From positions 62,001 through 126,000 of the forward strand of contig KZ538095.1 of NCBI GenBank assembly GCA_000934665.2: 64,000 nt of DNA, read 5' to 3'. The DNA is from Catajapyx aquilonaris (lineage: Eukaryota). The translations under genes were made by a program, and so were the position numbers. This document shows, piece after piece, positions 55,404 through 64,000 of the stretch. The number at the start of each line of letters is the position of its first letter. Position 1 is the first letter of the stretch. The notes beneath the pieces were generated by a model. It was not told the DNA's origin. It was given only the letters and a program-made list of their open reading frames with translations, and did not search any database.

Positions 55404-58400
55404 TGGGAGGGGAGCTGCGGAGGGTGGAGGGGGTGGAGGGGGACCCAACACTGGTTTCTGCAACCTCCAAAATGATATCCTTACCTTATTTTGAAGCCGG
55501 CCCAAGGAGCTTAGACCCGAACTGGCCTGGTCCGCCCGCCATGGAGCCTAGTCCCAGCCTAGCTTCCACCCCCCCCTCTCCCCTCCCTCCCCTCCCCTCC
55601 TCCCCGTGGCAGCCGCCGACATTAACATGCACGCCCGTAATCAATAGGGGGGGAGCCCCCCTCTAGTCTCTTTCGCGCCGCGCCCTAGACTTGGAAGGGT
55701 GCGGAGCCTTGTCCCAGACCACCGCTAGGGGAAAGGAAAAGAAAAGAAAAAAAAAGCGCAAGGAAAAGAAGACACTTGCGTGCATAATAGTCCGCCTGAT
55801 TTGTCTTTAAGTGCCACCACTTTTTTGCAAAAAAAAAAAACAGAAAAAAGAAAGGAAACCATTCAAAAATATTGAGAAAATAATTCAACAGGCACATATT
55901 TGTTGAATTTTACGTTTTCTTATCGAAAAAAGTATAGAACGGATCTGTCCGTCTGTCTGTGGACAGGTATCAGGGCTTAAACCGCAAGAGATAGCAGCAA
56001 GCGGTTTTCGGATTTGGATTCAGCGTGACCAAATGGTCAACTTCTGGTACACTTCCGGTATTTCGGGTTCACTATACATGCAGCCTTGGCAACGGGAAAT
56101 GTCCTTAGAATCGCATCGTATAGGGTTTGTCAGCCTCATTTCCCGCTCCTCAATGAGAAAAAGTATACTCGAATCACACTCGGGTGATTGGCCAATCTTA
56201 TTGTTTTTTTTCCCCCTAAAAATAATTTTTAAAAACAATTCATGGGGTATGTAGTGACCTAGTTGGAAAGAATGGTTGGAACAGCAGCGATGCGGGGCCA
56301 ACTTTTCCCATTGGGAGGATGGGAGGCGACATTGGAGCCTTGATTTGTCTGTCTCTTGGAGGGGGGCGTCGAGGGGGGGGGGGGAGGTTGAAGAAGAAGA
56401 AGAAGAAGCAAAGTATCGCGCGTATCCGGGAAGAATTATAAATCTTCGTCGCTTGGATTTCTGCAAAGTTTATACCCGCGTTATAAACTTGCATTGGCTG
56501 AGCATGACAGCCAATAAATTCTTGGAGTCAGAGTCTAAGTCGCTCGCTTAAAGAGTCGGAAGGGGGCTCATAAATCACAAAAAAGTTTTGCGCCCCCACA
56601 GGACAAAACTTTGCCTACACCCCATCCAATCCACACTCACTCCCAACATCATTCTGCTTTTGGACTATAAATTTTCTCAGGCTCGCCCACGACTCTGAAT
56701 AAGGAAAGCCTTAAATTTGTCAACACTGGCCAGTGGCGCTACAACTACATGGGGAGTCAGAAATCCAGTCTTTAGATTGGCCCAAAATAAGGCGGGTTGC
56801 CGCGTGTGTCTAAGGGACACCCAAAAGTTTATTGCCGTCTAGATAGCTATCGGTTGGAGTCTCGACATTTCATACCTCTACATTTTAGACTTGTCTGGGG
56901 ACAATCTATCCACTGGCCACACTTTACCTTATAGAAATAATAATAATGTACTGTACCTTGTCCGTGCACCGTGATGTGTCCTGACTGGCCACACACTGGC
57001 TAGACAGTTGTAAATTTGGATGACCGCTGATTGTGAAGGAACTAGGACTGTAGAGTGACCATCTGGGTGGGTGGGCAACAAAAGCTGAGGGACAGCTGGA
57101 CAGGCGACAAAGGGCGCTTACTCACCCTGCCTGCGATAATAATTCAACTCGGGGAAATGGTAAGGGCATGTAATTTCATAATGGATGTGTGCGGGTTGGG
57201 GGTCGCTTACCCGGTCCCTGCTGGAGGGTGACCAGTGGTCAGTTCCGATCAAGCCCTTATGATTCCGGGGTTGGAATTAGGGCTGATGCCTGATGGGTAG
57301 AAAATTTTTTGGTACATACTGTATAGCGTATATACCAACAGGCTGAATTAACAATAGTGTAATCTCATTTTTACTAGCACATTGTCCAGATATTCGTCCA
57401 TTCCCTGATCCCTGATCCCAAAAATGTCGTGCTGGCAACAATCACCATCCAGATCGGAGAGTCTCTCTTAGTTCCTGGTGTGGGGATGCAGCTCGAGGCA
57501 GCTAATGACCCCGACGGGCCATTTCGACATAATTGGACCTGCGACTCAGCAGGGCTCCGGTCGCTCATATCTTCCCCCATTCCCTCCGACTGACCACTCA
57601 TTCAACCCCCCCCCCCCCTTTACCCTGGGTGTCTCCCTCTCTCTCGAAACTACCCTTCCATCAACACATAGGTTCAGATGACGTCACCCCCCCCCCCCCA
57701 AATGACCAGATTTCTAAGAGTGAAGTTAGTATGGAATTGTGTGAGATGAGAAAAGAGTGGTCAATGGGTGCCAGAACTTTCAGAGAAAGTTAGAGGTTGG
57801 CCCCCTAATATCTGCAGGATTTGGACTGGTGAACAGAGCGTGCCTAGCCACAATAAAGAGTAGGACAAGAGAAATGTGGAAGAGCTGCTGGCCAACTTTG
57901 AAATTGCTCATGTTTTTCAAGCCAGCTCAAATTCAATGCCCAAGTATTGGGTATCTGATGTGTTCAATTCTGTTCTACTGTATAGAGAAATAGAGAAGAA
58001 GCGAGTATATACTAAGCTTATATTGGGTCTGTGCTCTTCTTTCTTTTTTTTTTCGCTTTCTCTTACTTTTTTTTCGACTTTTTTTTTTCTTTCGTTTCCT
58101 CTTTCCTGCAGAGTGAGCCCGTGACGTGGGATCGATGGCAGAGTCCGCCCAGAAAGACGGGCTCTCATCTCGAAGCTTCATTTCCGTCTGTTGTTTTCTT
58201 ACGTTATTGATTTTCGGACCAGTGAACGTGGGGGCCGGCCTGGCCAAATCGCCCAAATCAAATCAATCCACACCCCCCACCCACCCCACCCAACCCTCCA
58301 CCTTCTCAGCCCCTGCTCTTTTCTTCTTGGACTATAGAAAAAGGCTTTTCTTGCCGACAGCCCACTGCTGGTGAGATGAACAAGTTTTTCCAATGGAATA

Positions 58401-59785
58401 ATCATCAGACTTGAAAGCATCACTTTATTATAGGTAAAATAGGAATTTGAATAAATCTTCCAGCCAAAATTCGGCCAAATTTGTCAAATTCCATGGAATT
58501 ATTTTCAGCCTCTCAGATCCACGACTTGCGGATTGTTGGTGGAAGCAGCGATAAGAGATGGTGGGATTCTGGTCTTGTTGGTTGGGATGATGAAGGATCC
58601 AGGCAGCTAGGGCGTAATATGGGCGGGAGAATGGCCGCTCCGGGTAAAATTAGAGCGCCCCGAACCGATTGCCTGTGGGCCCCCGAAAGTAATAAGGAGT
58701 CTGAGGGTAATAAGAACGTGGCGCACGTTGGGTTGCACTAGCTATGATTCCTTTTTTTTAAATGACTTCTCGCCACATCCAGGGAACGAACATCACCGCA
58801 GGATCCTCGGAATGGATAATGGGGCTTGGAAGAAATTTTTTTGCAAAAATGTTCTAGAGACAACAAGCAAAATTTGGGAACATTCATTCTTTGGTAACGC
58901 ATTAATTGTTGAATTAATTTACCGAAGCACATGATCGCAATATTAAAGCAATTATGCAAATGTTTCATACAAATATTGCAAATGACGAAATTTAAAATTT
59001 TAAATTTTTAAAAAAATATCGACAGATATATCGATATATCGTACAGTTCAATCCCCCTAGGGACAGTTTTGGGATGAGAAGAACCGGAAATCTCAACCCC
59101 CCCCCCCCCCTCCTTTTTTTCAGTCTACGCAAACAAAAGTCCGTGGACTTTGTTTACACCTTGTCTTCTGGCGGGGGGGGGGGGGGCGGCTGGGGAGAAA
59201 TTCGCAGCCAATTTCCCGCACTTTTAGAGTACGAGTAGGGTGGAAAGGAAAAAAGGTGCGCGTATAGCTAAAAAAAAAAAAAATCGCTCCGATTCAACGG
59301 CTGTGGGAAATCAAATGGGATTACATGAAGCAGGACAGGAGGAAGCATGCAGAGGGGTGGGTAGGATTTGGGTCGGCTGAGGTCAATGTGTGGTTGCCGG
59401 ATAGGGTTCGAGGTTTGTCCCTTATTGACTTTGAGAGTCGCTGTGCAACTAATCTCAGAAAAAAGCGGACCCCCACCTTTTTTGTGGGGTGGCGGGTGAT
59501 GGATTCACTGATGCTGCACCAAAGTAACGGTTACTGCATAATCGATTGGCTAATAGGGTGACCAGTTGATAGGAGGGGGGGAGGAAGGTTGCTATATGTT
59601 AACGGTGGGAAAAAGAAGTTCGGCGGAACAATTATGTGGTATGAATGTGGGACTTGCCAGATGTGCTAAAATGGCATTATTTCCTAATCTGCACTAATGG
59701 ACTATAACTACTCCGAAAAATCGAACAGTTACCCACTGCGGGTATGTGAAGACAGAAGAAATGGCATGCACACTAGTAATCCCCA

Positions 59786-59834
<49 letters not shown>
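59786..59834 (+). repeat. (TAT)16 microsatellite
   Basis: Perfect trinucleotide run; it explains the poly-L ORF. Confidence 0.98.
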
Positions 59835-62800
59835 GTGCAGAGGTGGTGACTACTTTTTTTTGTTTGGTGTGATTAACCGGTGTGGAGTTAATTCGGGTGC
59901 TTTGCCAGAATGGGACGACTTGGACGCAGTGTCGGCGTAGGATGTACGAGGAGAGGCCCGGAATAATTTGCTAACGTTGGGCGGCTCTCCTTGTCCCCAT
60001 GGAGAATGGCGAAAAAGCAGGCGGCGCTGATCACATGTTCGCTGTCCGGAAAATGATGTGGGGGGGTTGGAAAAGGGCAAAAGAGTCGGCGAGAGAGGGA
60101 GAACCAGGGGGGTCGAAGGGGAACGGACGGAGGAGCAAGGTCAATTATGTAAGCACATTCGGTTGGCTGGTTGGGGTTGGCACCGTCCATCTTGGATCCT
60201 GCCTTCTGCCAGTATTTGTGCACAGTCAGATGTAAAAAGGCCGTATCTGCCATGAGACACCAGCGTTTCTCTGTGAGGGAAATCAGAGTTTCCAAGTAAG
60301 GAGCCGGATTAATTCTGGGAGTAACGAGGGTCCAGGTTGTCTTATCCTAGCTGGCGAGTAAAGTGGCATGCATTGAGCCATCACGACGGTACAGGGCTCA
60401 TGTAAAGGGCCCATGAAACGTCTCCAAGCCCTTCTCCCCCCACCCCCCCATCCCGGAAAGTGTCCCGCCTCCGATTAGCCTGTCCGTTTGTTTGTGCGAT
60501 ATATAACCGTCTTAATCGCGCAAGTGAAACCGCACGCAATCACACATGGCCCAGGCAGGAAAGAGCCTCTGGAATTGCCCTCCTTTACGGCCCAAACGGA
60601 AGGAAGGAGGCAGCTCCCGGAAACTCCAGTCTTTCCTCTTCCGCCTTCATGTACCAAACCAAGCAAAGGAGCCCCCCCAAAGCCATTTCTTGCCCATCTC
60701 CGGCCTTTATGAGATAAAGGCTGGTTCCGCTACTAGTAGATGCTGGTCTTATTCTAATGCACATTTTGCCTTTCAAAAAAATCCCCAATTGCTAGCCTGG
60801 GATATATATATAAAAAGTGCGTGTCCCCTCGTCTAGTTTTAGTCTGAGTATCCGTTGGACCTACTGGACTCTCCCCACCTCCCTAACCTCCCCCAGGGAG
60901 CAAGGCTGGGACTCGAGTGGCATTACGGAGCCTACATGCTTTTAATGGAGCTTTGATATGTTGCGCGCACTTCCCGGGGAATTATGGGCCATGACGAGAA
61001 GGTCCCTAGGGCAAGGCGCCCGCTGAAATCTGTCATCGTCGCAGGCGCCCTCCACCACCACCATTCCCTGCCTCCCCCCCTACGACAACTCACTCTAGTG
61101 AATGCGACCACCCACCCCTCCTCTCTCAAAATGATTCCTTTTGCTTGCAACCCCCCAACCAGGCTGTCCCCCCCTACTCATATACTCTGCTGGGCATGTG
61201 TCAGTCAGACCCAACGCGTTGGACATGCAGCATGAGGAATGGGGGGAAAAGTTGTTTTCTTGCTGGTGTTTGCATAAGGGCTGACGAGCTATGGGCATAA
61301 GGCTTGTGTAGAAAAATGTTGTTTTTGGCACATTTGGAAATGATAATTTTAGGCACGATATTGGAAGAAAGTATATTGAGAATAGTTTTTATTACCTCAT
61401 CTGAGGAGGCCAATTACGCTTTGGTTAGCGGAGTGTTCGCATATCGTTTGGACTTGTAAAAAAACGACGACCCTTCTTTCACATAGCACATTCTGAATGT
61501 TGGAGTGACTGATGCAACTTGATATGTGCGGGTGATCATGCCTGCCAATAGTGTAAATTAGAGGTCGAAATTGGGCCTGCTGGTTGTATGGCGGAGACGG
61601 AATGCAGCATCAGAGTAGGGAGAGGGGTGGGAGGGTGGAGGGGAAAGCTATAGAGTGAAAAATGGCGTCGTGTCCGAACAGGGCTTCATTATGGTCCTGA
61701 GGGGGTGGAATTTTGCTCCGTATGTCTAGCCGTTAAGCGCGTACTACACGATTGGCTCATTCCGCCTAATTGTAACTAATCTAAATTTCATAGGATGGGA
61801 GCTAAAAGTTGATTGGTCGGGGATTAATGTTATGGCGCAGTCTAATCACCTGTAATGGATACTGGCTACCAAACCAGATTCCGCAACAGACTGAAAATTT
61901 CCCGGGTTCAAGAGGAGAGGCAATTCAGCTCCCCGGGACTTCATTGGGCCCTATCAATAAAATGCGGGAACCTGCCATGCTTTTTGGGGGGCGATCTATC
62001 AGGCAAGATAACTGTTCCTCCACTTGAAAGGAATTCCTTCCTAATGAGAAAGGGTTGGGGTAGGATGATGATTTTCGGCTAAATTTTTTAAGGCTGCTGC
62101 TGGGCTACTAGCTGGCTGGCTCAAATTGAGCCAAATCGTGCCTGCCATCGTTTTCCAACTATATCACGTTCGACCTCTGTGTTTTTAGCAATACCAGGCT
62201 TCCAATTCCATTTTATGTGGACTGTACTTTGCCATTACGCTCCGTTTCCCCCCCTCCCACTATACATTAGGCGCTCTATGCATTCGCATGGGCAATCCTA
62301 CTTAGTGATATGGTATGGTATCGCACTCTCTACTTTTTTGTTCAGCATGGGTTCACTTAGTCTGACTGACAGATATGCTTAAATTTAACATTATTTTAAA
62401 TATTGATATTATGTAGCTATAGCTGTTGCATTAAATTGTTGGGTTTGCTCCGAAAATATTTTTCAGTAATGAATGAATAAATTTATATTATAAGACACCA
62501 GGTTATATTACAAAGAACTTTTCATTGCCCTTTTTCACGTATCTTATTCAAAGCGTGCAGTATACGTGACCGTGGCCGAAATTGCTTTGGATGGAAATGC
62601 CGGAAGCTTCATCCTGTCAGATAGATGACCTATACGCCTTTTTTGCCTCACGCACTGCCCAGATTTCAGGGGCAATTCGCACGCATGCCCTCGGGGTTCA
62701 AAACCCAGATTTTTGGAATTCGATGTAGACTCATGTTATTGTGATGAATAGTTGCATTGTAATATTAGTCACATTTGCAATGAACTAGGTGCTTACAGTG

Positions 62801-64000
62801 TGGCACAATTTCCTTTTATGGAAATGCGTATTTCATGAGTGGAGCCAGGCAGCGACGAGCTGGTTTGAAGCTGATTTTCACAGGTTGGCACAAGTTGAGC
62901 CGAGTGTGGAAAACGCCTGGGGTTTTTTGGTCAAGCTGTCCCGGTGTAGGCGTCTAGGGAGTAGCATTGGGCACCCTGCGGAATTTAGCCGCCGCTCACT
63001 CTCACCCTGCCTCTTTTCTACAGCAGGCTTTAGCCTCTGACACATCCCCGGAGGACGTCCAGAACAAAAGGCCACAGGCGCTGCTGCCGCCATGTGTTGT
63101 TTCCATGTCCGGTCCGCCTAGATTCAGACAGACAACTCTTCTCTGTTCTCTCCAACTACGCCTGTCCCCAAAATTCCTCTCGGACGTCCAAGCCCCCTCG
63201 GATTCTGTTCATCCACCCAAAGCGACAAAAAAAAGGAATGTCCACCATAGTGTGTGAGTCAATAATATCAACATAATGTCCATTTTTTGCTTATAACTGG
63301 TGATAATGTGAGCTAAGGGCACTTATTGTTGGTCCGAGATTATTGGGGTCCATAAAGGGTGGTGCGCGACAGTAGCGACGCTCTGACGGCCTAGTGGCGA
63401 ACCACGCTCCCCACACACGGCCGTTGCGGGCAACTAACCATCCCCTGGAAGTGCTCAGAGAAAAGAGGGGTCGCGTGTGTGAGGTCCATGTAAGACTCTG
63501 GTGGTTCTGGACTCGCGCTCCACTGACCCGTCCGAAAAGACCAAGTTGGCGACTAAAACGCGTTCCGTGTAAACAGGGGGATTGAGGCGACCTCTCTCTC
63601 TTCTTCCTCCTTGTCTTGTCCTCTGGCGGATACCAACTGAGGTGGAAGCGCAGGGGATATATTGGCTGGCTGGATTCATCAGTACCAGGCTTAGCCTTTT
63701 TCTTGGGATTGCGGGGCCTGGAGACTAATCTTGGTCTCCAGACCCTAGTCTCTCTTATCTGTGATGACGAATTGTGATGAGGTTTACGGGTTTTATCTCC
63801 GTTACATTCCAGCCTTGGTTTTGGGGGGGGGGGGGGGGGGGAGGGGGTGGGGGANTTGAAGAATCGCCTTTAGGGGGTGACGTCACTGGGTAACGGGTTC
63901 TATGTGACCTGGCTATCCAAATGGGGGCCACCTATCTCCCTCCAGGAGCAATTTCCCCCCTGCCGCCATTTTGGAATCTTATGCTCAATTTTTTCTCACT

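Overview
Non-coding eukaryotic (metazoan, possibly arthropod) genomic DNA from a draft scaffold, with two N gaps and two single-N joins. I find no intact protein-coding gene, rRNA, tRNA gene or CRISPR array; the listed ORFs are almost all low-complexity noise. GC-rich blocks carrying G/C runs and CCAAT, CRE, YY1/Pho, CTCF-like and homeodomain-type motifs alternate with AT-rich spacers. Only a few small transposon remnants are present: one tRNA-derived SINE, two Tc1/mariner-type MITEs, one foldback element and a possible THAP/integrase relic. This is the texture expected of a developmental-gene regulatory landscape. The most interesting signals are (i) a heavily decayed ANTP/Hox-class homeobox on the + strand at about 27.9-28.1 kb, behind a strong splice acceptor, and (ii) a 17/19-nt match to the arthropod Hox-cluster microRNA miR-iab-4-5p on the - strand at 7.6 kb. 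Their order and orientation are what a fossil abd-A/iab-4 segment of a Hox cluster would show. This is a hypothesis from by-eye analysis and needs homology and synteny checks.
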